This document shows positions 45,512-54,298 of a DNA stretch of 64,000 bases, in pieces; position 1 is the stretch's first letter; each line of letters opens with the position of its first letter. The DNA lies in NCBI RefSeq assembly GCF_965204145.1, contig NZ_OZ241977.1, forward strand, positions 2,114,840 to 2,178,839, read 5' to 3'. Below the pieces are notes generated by a model. That model was not told the origin of the DNA. It did no database searches and saw only the letters and a program-made list of their open reading frames with translations. The position numbers and the translations under genes were made by a program. This stretch comes from Candidatus Poriferisocius sp. Lineage in GTDB: Bacteria; Actinomycetota; Acidimicrobiia; Acidimicrobiales; Bin134.

Positions 45512-46435
45512 ATGAAGTTCGGGGTGTATTTCTCGTTTCGGAGGCTGCCGGGGGATTCGAAGCCGTGGGCGGAGGTGTATGACGAGAGCTTCGCCCAGAT
45601 GCGGTTGGCGGAGGATCTGGGCTTCGACTCGGTGTGGCTGACCGAGCACCATTTCAGCGACGATGGCTACTCCCCGTCGGTGCTGCCCATCGCCGCGGCG
45701 GCGGCCGCCCACACGTCGGTCATCGACATCGGCGTTTTTATTGCCCTGTTGCCGCTGTACAACCCAGTGAGGCTGGCTGAGGACGCGGCCACTGTGGACG
45801 TCATCTCCCGAGGGCGGCTCATTCTGGGGCTGTCCGCGGGGTATGTGACCTCCGAGTTCGCTGCTTTGGATGTGGACTTCGACAGGCGGTCAGAAATCGC
45901 CGACGAAGCGCTGGAGATCCTCTACGGGTGCTGGAGCGGCGACCACTACTCCTTCATCGGGGAACACTTCTCCGTGTCGGACGTGTCGGTGTATCCCAAG
46001 CCCCACACCCGGCCCCATCCCCGCATCTTCTACGGCGGCGGCTCCCCCGCTGGCCGCCGTCGCCATCGGTTCGTGGTGGAGACCATGAACTGGTCCCGGG
46101 AGCCTGAACTGCTGTGGCTCTACATCAGTGACGATGCCGATGCCGCTTGGGAGGAGTGGGGTGCGGGAGCGACCCATGTCCACACCCGCTACATGCGATG
46201 GACCAAGGAATCCGGAGGCGACTGGTGGGACGCCGATCCCCGCGCCCACTTCATCGCCGGCGATGTGAACACCGCCATCAAGGCCATCGAGAACAAGCTC
46301 GGCGGCTTCCGCACCGAGCGGGAGGGCGAGGCCGAGACACTGGTGCTGGGGATGAACATGCCCGGAGTCGACGACAGCAACATCCGCCGTTCGATGGAGT
46401 TGTTCGCGGCCCACGTCATGCCTCGGTTCCAATGA
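45512..46435 (+). CDS. LLM-class flavin-dependent oxidoreductase
   Basis: MKFGVYFSF..., AEDLGFDSVWLTEHHFSDDGYSPS, LYNPVRLAEDAATVDVISRGRLILGLSAGY. Confidence 0.8.
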   Translation: MKFGVYFSFRRLPGDSKPWAEVYDESFAQMRLAEDLGFDSVWLTEHHFSDDGYSPSVLPIAAAAAAHTSVIDIGVFIALLPLYNPVRLAEDAATVDVISRGRLILGLSAGYVTSEFAALDVDFDRRSEIADEALEILYGCWSGDHYSFIGEHFSVSDVSVYPKPHTRPHPRIFYGGGSPAGRRRHRFVVETMNWSREPELLWLYISDDADAAWEEWGAGATHVHTRYMRWTKESGGDWWDADPRAHFIAGDVNTAIKAIENKLGGFRTEREGEAETLVLGMNMPGVDDSNIRRSMELFAAHVMPRFQ

Positions 46436-46481
46436 AGCCGGGCGTGGATTGATGGAGGATACTTGACCATGGTTGTCGTCT

Positions 46482-46787
46482 ATGGTTGGAATCGTTAGCC
46501 TGGTAGCTGTGACACCAAACAACGTTGCCCGGGTTGTTCCTGCAGGAGAGTTCAAAACCAAGTGCCTCCAACTCATGGATGAAGTGGATCAGACAGGTGA
46601 GTCGATTCTCATCACCAAGCGAGGCAGGCCCGTGTCGATTTTGATGCCGGTCACATCGGAAGCTCCCGGCATCTGCGGCCGTTACAAAGACAGGGTGCGG
46701 ATACCCGAAGAGGGCCTTCCCAAAGCATTCACCGCCACAGAGTGGGCCGACATCATAGACAGCGCCGGGGCAGACGACACCGAATGA
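46482..46787 (+). CDS. Phd/YefM-type antitoxin
   Basis: VVPAGEFKTKCLQLMDEVDQTGESILITKRGRPVSILMP; paralogous to the antitoxin at 5637-5978. GTG 46509 is an alternative start. Confidence 0.7.
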   Translation: MVGIVSLVAVTPNNVARVVPAGEFKTKCLQLMDEVDQTGESILITKRGRPVSILMPVTSEAPGICGRYKDRVRIPEEGLPKAFTATEWADIIDSAGADDTE

Positions 46788-47200
46788 TTCTCGACACCAA
46801 TGTCCTGCTGTGGAGCGTTGTTGGCGACACGTCCAAAATCAGCCTTGAAGTGCAAGCGGAGATCGATGCTCGGGTCTCCGTCGGCAATGCCGCAGTTTCG
46901 GCGATCACGTTCTGGGAGATGAGACATGCGCGTCGCAAGAACAACCCGGCGGTCAAGCTGCCTCCGATTGCCGGGCTTCGACAGGATCTTCTGCGCAGCG
47001 GACTGCGTGAGATTCCGCTCACGGGCGATGTCCTCATCGACGGCATCGAACTCGCTGACAGCGGCTTCCACGACGATCCGATGGACCAGATGATCGTGGC
47101 CACTGCACTGAGCGAGAATCTTCCGCTCGCCACCGCCGACCGCCGAATACAAGCGTGGGCCAATCAAACTGGCCGCTTGGAGATCGTGCCGCTGCGGTAG
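46784..47200 (+). CDS. vapC: PIN-domain toxin (VapC family)
   Basis: MILDTNVLLW..., AITFWEM, MIVATALSENLPLATAD. ATGA overlap with the antitoxin stop. Confidence 0.85.
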   Translation: MILDTNVLLWSVVGDTSKISLEVQAEIDARVSVGNAAVSAITFWEMRHARRKNNPAVKLPPIAGLRQDLLRSGLREIPLTGDVLIDGIELADSGFHDDPMDQMIVATALSENLPLATADRRIQAWANQTGRLEIVPLR

Positions 47201-47248
47201 CCGCGTGCTATCGGTAGGTGACCCGCCCTCCGGTAACCGGGCGGCGAG

Positions 47249-49353
47249 TCACCCCTCGCGGAGGCTCTCCCATTCGTCGAGGAGGCTGGAGTCGGTGGAG
47301 CGGAGGAGGGTGTGGAGCTCGGCGGTGAGACTGGCCAGGGGGTCGTTGACGGCGGCGGCGGGGATGGTTTGGACCAGGGCCTTGTAGCAATCGGACAGGT
47401 AGCGCAATAGCGCTCCTTCGGAGCGCTTGATGCCGTAGCGGGAGACGTACTGGTTGAAGGTGTCTCCGACCTCCATGAGGTCGCGGGCCACCGATTTGGG
47501 CTGGGGCGATCGTGGCCCACCCAGGGGTGGTCGCGGGCAAACACCGCGAAGGCCGGGTCGATGAACTCGGCTTCGGGGCGGGGCCAGGTGACCTCCGACA
47601 GCCGCTCCAAGCGCTCCTCGTAGGGCACCCTCTCGGCCTTGAGCTGGACCATGAGGTCGTCGCGGGCCTTGTCGCGTTGGGCCAGCAGCACCACCGTGGG
47701 GTCTTCCAGCACCGACTCCACCACGCTGAGCGCCTGCCAGTGGTAGTCGGGCGCCTCGATGTCCAACGCTTCCAGTGCCTCCACCGCGAACAGCCCCAGC
47801 GGCTGGTTCAGCCGGAACTCGTCTTGGAGGTCGAGGTTCACCCGCACGGGACGGCCCAAGTCGTCGGGCTCGTCGAGCACTTCGACGATTTCAGCGTCGA
47901 TCAGCGATCGGAACACCCCCACCGCTCGGCGGATGTGGGCCCGCTGGCGGGAGCGGGGCTCGTGGTTGTCAACCAGCAGGCGCTTCATGGCCGCGCAGCC
48001 GTCGCCGGGCCGGTCCAAGACGTTGAGCATCATGGAGTGGCTCACCGCGAAGCTCGACTCCAGGGTCTCGGGGCGACCCTGCCATAACCGGGCCAGCGTG
48101 TCGCCGTCGTAGTGGGCGTAGTTGTGCTCGGGCGGCTTCTTCTTGACCAGCTTGCGCCGCTTGACCGGGTCGGACGCGGCTTTGGCCTCGGCCCGGCGGT
48201 TCTCCACCACGTGCTCAGGGGCCTGCACCCACACGCTGCCCTCCTCGTCGAAGCCCTTGCGGCCGGCCCGGCCCGCTATCTGCTGGAAGTCCCGCACCGA
48301 CAGCACCCGGGTGCGGCGGCCGTCGTACTTGTACAGGCGGGTGAACAGCACGGTGCGGATGGGCACGTTCACCCCCACCCCCAGCGTGTCGGTACCGCAG
48401 ATCAGCTTGAGATGGCCCTCTTGCGCCAGCTTCTCCACCAGCAGCCGGTATTTGGGCAACAACCCCGCGTGGTGTACCCCCACCCCGGCCAGCACGAAGC
48501 GGCGAAGGTCCTTGCCGAACGGGGTGTCGAAACGGAAGCCGCCAATTGCCTCTTTGACCGCAGCCTTGGCTCCGGCATCCAGCACGTCGAGGCTGGTCAG
48601 GCTCTGAGCCTGGGCGGTGGCCTCCCGCTGGGTGAAGTGAACGATGTACACCGGCGCCTTGTCGGCCCTCAGCAACTCGGCAATGGACACGTGCAGCGGC
48701 GTCTCCCGATACTCCACGTCGAGGGGCACCGGCCGCTGGGCCGAGGCCACCAGTGCGGTGGGCCGCCCGCTGCGCTGGCTCAGGTCCCGGCGCAGGGCGG
48801 TGGTATCGCCCAGGGTGGCCGACATCAGCAGGAACTGGGGTTGGCTCAGCTCCAGCAGCGGCACCTGCCAGGCCCAGCCCCGGTCCCGGTCGCCGTAGTA
48901 GTGGAATTCGTCCATCACCACCAGGTCAGCGTCGGCCTCGCTGCCGGAGTGCAGAGCCCGCAGGGCCAGGATCTCGGCGGTGCAGGCGATCACCGGGGCG
49001 TTGGCATTGACGGCAGCGTCCCCGGTGACCATCCCCACCTGCTCGGCCCCGAACGCGGCCACCAGCTCGAAGAACTTCTCGCTGACCAGCGCCTTGATCG
49101 GCGCGGTGTACACCGCCCGCCGTCCCTGGGCCAGCGCGGCGAACGCCCCGGCCAGCGCCACCAGCGACTTGCCCGAGCCGGTGGGGGTGGCCAACACCAC
49201 GTTGTCGCCCCCCAGCAGCCGCAGCACCGCTTCCTCCTGATGGGGGTACAGCTCCAAACCCGCCGCCTCGGCCCAATCGCAGAACGCCCCCAACAGCTCA
49301 TCGGGATCGCCCACATCGGGCATGAACTCGGCGAGAGCAGGCGGCACGGCCAT
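47249..49353 (-). pseudogene. DEAD/DEAH-box helicase with C-terminal DUF3516-like domain, interrupted by a -1 frame change near 47494-47500
   Basis: LATPTGSGKS, VMDEFHY, MSATL, GVHHAGLLP, QIAGRAGRKG. After ...HPWVGHDRPSPN the 0 frame becomes Pro/Ser/Thr-rich nonsense, while the -1 frame (track ORF 47249-47491) continues sensibly: SVARDLMEVGDTFNQYVSRYGIKRSEGALLRYLSDCYKAL...DSSLLDEWESLREG. Confidence 0.8.
47259..47306. repeat. Direct repeat copy B (47/48 identical to 38520-38567), inside the helicase 3' coding end
   Basis: cggaggctctcccattcgtcgaggaggctggagtcggtgg A gcggagg. Confidence 0.95.
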
Positions 49354-49399
49354 AGCGAGAGTGAGGCTAGAGGCAGATCGGGCGTGGGAGGCTACGGGA

Positions 49400-50293
49400 A
49401 TGAAGTTCGGGCTCTATCTCATCGGCAGCGCAACCGGAGTGACGGGACCACCGGCGGCGCCGATCGCCGATCCTGAGTTCTTGGTCGGCTTTGCCCGCCA
49501 CGCCGAGGCGGTGGGATGCGATTCGCTGTTCTTCGCCGACCACATCGTGTTCCCCGCGGCCAAGGAGGCGCCCTATCCCTACGCCGAATCGGGGGCCTAT
49601 CCGTGGGACAACGAGCACACCCAACTGCCCGAGCCGCTGGCATTGATGGCATTCCTGGCCGGGGTCACCGAGTCGCTTCGATTCGGCACCGCGGTGCTGG
49701 TCCTGCCCCAGCGCCACCCGATGCTGCTGGCCAAGCAGCTCGCCACCATCGACGTGCTAGCAGGAGGGCGGGCCGAACTCGGAATCGGCGCGGGGTGGTT
49801 GGCCGACGAGTTCCACGCGCTGGGCTATTCGTTCGACGATCGAGGCGCCCGCACCGACGAGTACATCGACGTCATGCGAGAGCTATGGGCCAGCCCGGTG
49901 GCCAGCTTCGCCGGGCCGACCGTCGCCTTCGACCGCGTCCAGCTCACCACGCACCCCCGCCAGCCCGATGGCATCCCCATCATCGTGGGGGGCCACTCCC
50001 CGCCCGCACTGCGCCGAGCCGGCCAGCGGGGCGACGCCTTTCTGCCCGCCTTCTCGGCGTCGCAGAACCGGGACCGCTGGCCCGAAATGTGGAACGAGGT
50101 CCAGCGCTGGGCAGCCGAGGCGGGACGGGCCGAAGCCTGTGAGCTCCAGGGATTCGGCGCCACCCTCGACGACGCCCGATTCCTGGCCGACTTGGGGGCA
50201 ACCCGCATGATCTACAGCACCCACGACCCCGATTTGGCCTCGGCTCGGGACACCCTGAATCGCTTCGCCGACGAGGTAATCACCCGATTTTGA
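49400..50293 (+). CDS. LLM-class F420-dependent oxidoreductase
   Basis: MKFGLYL..., FADHIVFP, RFGTAVLVLPQRHPMLLAKQLATIDVLAGGRAELGIGAGW, DDRGARTDEYIDVMRELW. Confidence 0.85.
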   Translation: MKFGLYLIGSATGVTGPPAAPIADPEFLVGFARHAEAVGCDSLFFADHIVFPAAKEAPYPYAESGAYPWDNEHTQLPEPLALMAFLAGVTESLRFGTAVLVLPQRHPMLLAKQLATIDVLAGGRAELGIGAGWLADEFHALGYSFDDRGARTDEYIDVMRELWASPVASFAGPTVAFDRVQLTTHPRQPDGIPIIVGGHSPPALRRAGQRGDAFLPAFSASQNRDRWPEMWNEVQRWAAEAGRAEACELQGFGATLDDARFLADLGATRMIYSTHDPDLASARDTLNRFADEVITRF

Positions 50294-50608
50294 CCGCGGG
50301 CCGCGACACCTCCTGTGCCAAATCTGCTGATTTCACGTTGATTTCGTGATTTTTTGAGAAATTTCTTTTACACAGGCTACGTCTCACCCCCACCCATCAA
50401 GTCCCAACCAAAAACCCAGGTCAAACGGTTGCTTTCGGTCGTCAGCTAAGAGATTTCCACAGGCCAATCTGATGCAACCCCACTTATCCCCTCCCCAAGA
50501 CCACTCAAGTGGGAATTATTTGGGAATTTCAATTGCGACAATGCCCGCTCAATTTCAATCAGCGCCCAGACCCAGGGCGCGGTCAGAACAGAGAAATGGA
50601 GCAAACTC

Positions 50609-50824
50609 ATGGCCCAAGCAGTGGAAAATCTCATCGGACCGGCGGTTGCATGCCAGATGCTGGGCGTTGACCAGCAAAGCCTGCTGCGAGGCATCAACGA
50701 CGGCATCGTGCCCGCCTACAGAATCGGCGACTCGGTGAGATTCAGGCCGTCTGAGCTACGCCATCCCGCGCTGTCGGGCCTGGCGGAGCACTATCGCTCC
50801 AAAGACGAGCACTTCGCCGCCTAA
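50609..50824 (+). CDS. Small helix-turn-helix protein, excisionase/MerR-superfamily-like
   Basis: ACQMLGVDQQSLLRGINDGIVPAYRIGDSVRFRPSEL fits the Xis-type HTH_17 pattern. Preceded by about 300 bp of AT-rich non-coding DNA. Confidence 0.5.
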   Translation: MAQAVENLIGPAVACQMLGVDQQSLLRGINDGIVPAYRIGDSVRFRPSELRHPALSGLAEHYRSKDEHFAA

Positions 50825-50896
50825 CCCCACCCCCAAGCCTCTGCCCCCGACTGCGTCCCACCCCCGCGCGGTCGGGGGCGGACGGGGTCTTGGCCG

Positions 50897-52609
50897 CTAG
50901 GGAAGCACGGTCTCGGTGTCGCGGCCGGAGCGCAGAACGGTTCCCGGAGTGGCCCCGGTCACCTGGCCGTCAACCACGATGTCGGTTCCGCCCACCAGCA
51001 CCCGGTGGACGCCCTGGGCGCCGGCGAACAGGCGCATGCAGTCGCCGGGCAGATCGGTGCGGGCCTCGATGGGGTCGGAGGCCACCGTGGCCGGATCGAA
51101 CACCACCAGATCGGCGTGCCAGCCCTCGGCCACCCGGCCCCGGTCCTTGAGCCCGAACAGGCGGGCAGGCACATCGGTCATCAGCCGCACCGCCTCCTCC
51201 AGCGGCAGCAGCCCCCGGTTTCGCACGATGTCGCCCAGGATGATGGTGAAGTAGCGAGTGCCGCACATGCGGTCGAGATGGGCACCGGCGTCGGAGCCCC
51301 CCACGATCACCCGGGGGTCTTGCCAGTGCTCGGTGCGATGAGCCCAACTCTCCTCCGAGTCATCGGCATTGATGGGCCACAAATCGGTGCGCAAGTCATC
51401 AGCCAGCACGATGTCGCACAGGGTGTCGAAGGGTTCTTGGCCCCGCTCCGCGGCGATGTCGCCCACTCGCCGGCCGGTGAGCCCCTCGTTCTGCGGGGCA
51501 TAGGTGGTGCCGATCTCCATGTTCTGCCACTGGGCCATGTGGTAGAAGCCGCCGCTGCCGGTCTGGGCCTGCTCGTTCAGCCACCGTCGGGTCTCCGGGT
51601 CGGCCAGCGCCGCCATCTTCTCCTCATGGGGAAGGTTCATGGTGTCCTTCCACCCCGGCATGTTGTAAAGCGGGCAGTAGGTGGCAAAACACAGCTTCAG
51701 CCCGCCGATGGTGGGCATCGACAACGCCACAATGCGCCCGCCCACCTCAGCCGCCGCATCGGCGGCCCCGAGCTGGTGGTTGGTCCGGTCTTTGGTGTCG
51801 GCGCTAACCGTGAGCACGTTCCAGTTCAGCGGACGCTGGGCTCGGGCCGACATCTGACTCATCAGCTCGATCTCCTCGTCGCTGAACATGCTGAGGCATC
51901 CGGAGGTGATGAACTCCAGCCAGGTCCCAGGGTGGTCGGCCACCGCTCCGGCCAGCGCCAGCACCTCCTCGGTGGAGGAGAATCGGCTGGGGACGGGCTC
52001 GTTGTCGCCATCCCAATGGGTATGGGCCAAAGACGTGGAGAACCCCATGCCGCCGGCAGCCAGCCCATCGTGGAGGGCCCGCACCATCTGGTCGAGCTGA
52101 TCAGAGCTCGCCGGCTGGTTGGCGTCGGGCCCCATCACATAGCGGCGCAGCGCCGAGTGGCCCACCAAGAACCCCGCGTTGACCGCGGTGTTGCCGTCGA
52201 GGCGGTCCAGGAACTGCCCAAACGTCTCCCAATCCCACGGCAGCCCCTGTTCCAGCGCCAACAGGGGCATCCCCTCCACCATGGCCATCATCTCTTGCAG
52301 GTACCGGGCGTCGTCGGGATTCACCGGCGCCAGCGAGAACCCGCAATTGCCGCCCAGCACAGTGGTCACCCCGTGCATCGGCGACGGCGTAGCCGCCGGA
52401 TCCCAGAACAACTGGGCGTCGTAATGGGTGTGAGGATCGATGAAGCCCGGCGACACCACTAGCCCGTCGGCATCCACCGTCCGGGCTGCCGCCCCATCCA
52501 CCTGCCCGATCTCGACGATGCGCCCCTCAGCCACCGCCACATCAGCCACCACCGGCTCGGCCCCGGTCCCGTCCACAACCGCGCCACCCCGAATCACCAG
52601 ATCAAACAT
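50897..52609 (-). CDS. N-acyl-D-amino-acid deacylase (D-aminoacylase) family amidohydrolase
   Basis: MFDLVIRGGAVVDGTGAEP...VSPGFIDPHTHYD, GVTTVLGGNCG, ...VGGSDAGAHLD. Confidence 0.85.
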   Translation of the reverse strand: MFDLVIRGGAVVDGTGAEPVVADVAVAEGRIVEIGQVDGAAARTVDADGLVVSPGFIDPHTHYDAQLFWDPAATPSPMHGVTTVLGGNCGFSLAPVNPDDARYLQEMMAMVEGMPLLALEQGLPWDWETFGQFLDRLDGNTAVNAGFLVGHSALRRYVMGPDANQPASSDQLDQMVRALHDGLAAGGMGFSTSLAHTHWDGDNEPVPSRFSSTEEVLALAGAVADHPGTWLEFITSGCLSMFSDEEIELMSQMSARAQRPLNWNVLTVSADTKDRTNHQLGAADAAAEVGGRIVALSMPTIGGLKLCFATYCPLYNMPGWKDTMNLPHEEKMAALADPETRRWLNEQAQTGSGGFYHMAQWQNMEIGTTYAPQNEGLTGRRVGDIAAERGQEPFDTLCDIVLADDLRTDLWPINADDSEESWAHRTEHWQDPRVIVGGSDAGAHLDRMCGTRYFTIILGDIVRNRGLLPLEEAVRLMTDVPARLFGLKDRGRVAEGWHADLVVFDPATVASDPIEARTDLPGDCMRLFAGAQGVHRVLVGGTDIVVDGQVTGATPGTVLRSGRDTETVLP

Positions 52610-52694
52610 GCCCCCCACAGTAGGCGCGCCCCGTGACAAATCCCCTGGCGAAATGGACCAACCGACACACTGGGTCTACCGGTACAGTTGTTAC

Positions 52695-52895
52695 ATGGTC
52701 GTGGAACTAGACCTCAGCCCTGACTGTGAAGCGGCTCTGCTAGCCGCAGCCCAGCAAGCAGGCTGCACCGTGGACGAAACAGTCAACCTCGCCGTCCAGG
52801 CCTTCGTCGAGCAGCAGAAAGACGCCGTTTGGCTCGCTGAAGCCAAGAGGAACATGACAGTTCATGCAGAAGCCCTGCGCCGTCTAGGCGAGTGA
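52695..52895 (+). CDS. Small RHH-like putative antitoxin (cistron 1 of the Doc operon)
   Basis: MVVELDLSPDCEAALLAAAQQAGCTVDETVNLAVQAFVEQ has a beta-strand plus two helices pattern. Its stop overlaps the next start (GTGA). Confidence 0.45.
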   Translation: MVVELDLSPDCEAALLAAAQQAGCTVDETVNLAVQAFVEQQKDAVWLAEAKRNMTVHAEALRRLGE

Positions 52896-53140
52896 CAGGC
52901 GAAACGTTCTTCCCCTCGCTGGAAAATCTACTGGCAGCTGCCCGAGAGATACTGGGCGAAAACCTGCCGATCAGAGATGTGGGCCTGCTCGAATCTGCCG
53001 TTGCCCGATGCGTGGCCCACGGGATCAGCCTTGCCGACATCGCAGAGGTTGCCGAGATCAGCCGCAGCTTGGCCAAGCAGCTCGCCGACCGCCAGGGCAA
53101 GCTTGACCTCGCCGAGCCTCTCACCGAGGTCCTCCGATGA
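52892..53140 (+). CDS. Doc N-terminal-like fragment fused to an HTH-like segment (cistron 2)
   Basis: LENLLAAAREILGENLPIRDVGLLESAVAR matches the N-terminal region of death-on-curing toxins, then diverges (GISLADIAEVAEISRSLAKQL). Lacks the Fic motif. Confidence 0.45.
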   Translation: MTGETFFPSLENLLAAAREILGENLPIRDVGLLESAVARCVAHGISLADIAEVAEISRSLAKQLADRQGKLDLAEPLTEVLR

Positions 53141-53316
53141 CCTGCTCCGAACGGACCAGAAGAACCGCCGCCACATACGCCGGAAGTGCCGCCGGTATGG
53201 CCCTCATGGTGCTGCTGCTGGGAGCCTCGCCGTGGCTCATCCCCGCCGTTGTCGGAGGCTCGCTCATCGGCTCGTTGACCGCCGCATGGTCGGACCGGAA
53301 GAAGGCCGACTCATGA
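53137..53316 (+). CDS. 59-aa hydrophobic peptide (cistron 3; below the ORF-track size cut-off)
   Basis: Hand translated: MTCSERTRRTAATYAGSAAGMALMVLLLGASPWLIPAVVGGSLIGSLTAAWSDRKKADS. ATGA overlaps at both ends (53137-53140 and 53313-53316). Confidence 0.35.
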   Translation: MTCSERTRRTAATYAGSAAGMALMVLLLGASPWLIPAVVGGSLIGSLTAAWSDRKKADS

Positions 53317-53684
53317 TGGCGATGGTCACCCACGAGCACTACCCCCTGCCCGACATCGACCGAGCTGCCCAGCGGCTCACCCTCACCGTCGCCCAGGCCC
53401 TCCACAACGCCGACCCCGTGGATCTGCTCAGCTCCCTGCTCATCTATCCCAGTTTGTGGGACAAAGCCGCCGCATTGCTGCATTCCATCGTGCTTGGGCA
53501 CCCCCTAGTCGATGGAAACAAGAGGCTCGGCTGGCTGGCCGCCACCACCTTCCTGAGCGTCAACGGACACCCTGTAGACAAGATTTCCGCAGATGCCGCA
53601 TTACACCTCGTGGAGAGCATCGCCATCCATCACCTAGAGGTTGAGGATATTTCCAGCGCTCTACAAGAGTTGGCCCGCGGATAG
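53313..53684 (+). CDS. doc: Doc/Fic-family toxin (cistron 4)
   Basis: YPSLWDKAAALLHSIVLGHPLVDGNKRLGWLAATTFLSVNG carries the Doc variant of the Fic motif H-x-x-x-D-G-N-K-R. Confidence 0.75.
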   Translation: MMAMVTHEHYPLPDIDRAAQRLTLTVAQALHNADPVDLLSSLLIYPSLWDKAAALLHSIVLGHPLVDGNKRLGWLAATTFLSVNGHPVDKISADAALHLVESIAIHHLEVEDISSALQELARG

Positions 53685-53885
53685 CCGCCTCGACCGCTTC
53701 GGCAACGACTTTGTCCCACACACCGGGCCCACCAAGATCAGCTCTTAGGCGACCGCCTCACCCTCTTGCCCCTCGCTGCTCTCGGGACCCCAGCGTGATC
53801 CCAATAAGCCCTCCGCGGACTCCGAGGATCACTCTGACCTGAAAAGCCGTTGACATCCCTGTAGCAGCATCGCTACTGTCACCAA

Positions 53886-53974
53886 TGCCTGCGGTCCGGT
53901 TAGTAGGAATCTTCCGAATGCAGCCGACATACCGCGGCGACGGGGCCCCGGACCGCACGGGGCCCCTTTTTTTT
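53886..53974 (+). ncRNA. Candidate small RNA or attenuator-like leader (about 90 nt) between a promoter-like element and an intrinsic terminator
   Basis: TTGACA (53850-53855), 18 nt, TACTGT (53874-53879). Segment 53890-53899 (tgcggtccgg) can pair either with 53931-53938 or with 53948-53957 inside the terminator. No convincing ORF on either strand. Confidence 0.3.
53942..53974 (+). terminator. Rho-independent terminator
   Basis: ggggcccc-ggaccgcac-ggggcccc followed by T8 (53967-53974). Confidence 0.75.
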
Positions 53975-54129
53975 CGCCATGAACCGTCCGGCCCGTGATC
54001 CAGTGGGCCTTAGGTCCGTACCCTCCAAAAGGCTGCTGGCAAGGCTCCGAAGGCGCCAAAGCAAATGGGGTGGCGAAACAGGCGACTTGGCCGGGTAGTC
54101 TGAATGCCTACCGGCTTGCGGAGGTGACG

Positions 54130-54294
54130 ATGTCTGACAGAACAGCAAACCAGATGCCAGACGCACCTGGCCCGGCCACGATCGCAGAGATCATCCGCGG
54201 TTTGGAACCTATGGGCGATCCACGCAAGTTCTCCATCGAGGACTTGACCACTGAGGAAGAGGACGCTTTCTTCGCCATCATCGAGAACCTCTGA
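54130..54294 (+). CDS. Small acidic putative antitoxin upstream of PIN toxin
   Basis: ATG 54130 preceded by GGAGGTG; 54 aa ending EDLTTEEEDAFFAIIENL; lies 4 nt upstream of the PIN gene. Confidence 0.55.
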   Translation: MSDRTANQMPDAPGPATIAEIIRGLEPMGDPRKFSIEDLTTEEEDAFFAIIENL

Positions 54295-54298
54295 CCAC

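Larger units (their letters stand above)
38568..47258. mobile_element. About 8.7 kb genomic island bounded by 48-bp direct repeats at the 3' end of a helicase gene; no recombinase gene inside
   Basis: Direct repeats lie 8739 bp apart. The left repeat is embedded in a diverged fragment of the same gene end, which is the classic signature of site-specific integration into a gene 3' end. Cargo: Exo-DinG-RecQ fusion, SF1 helicase, LLM oxidoreductase, Phd-VapC. Confidence 0.6.

Noticed and set aside
38568-47258. Integrase, excisionase or transposase inside the repeat-bounded island
   Set aside because: I read all ORFs in both strands and none shows tyrosine-recombinase (R..H..R..Y), serine-recombinase or DDE signatures. 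The island is therefore reported as integrase-less rather than as a typical integrative element.
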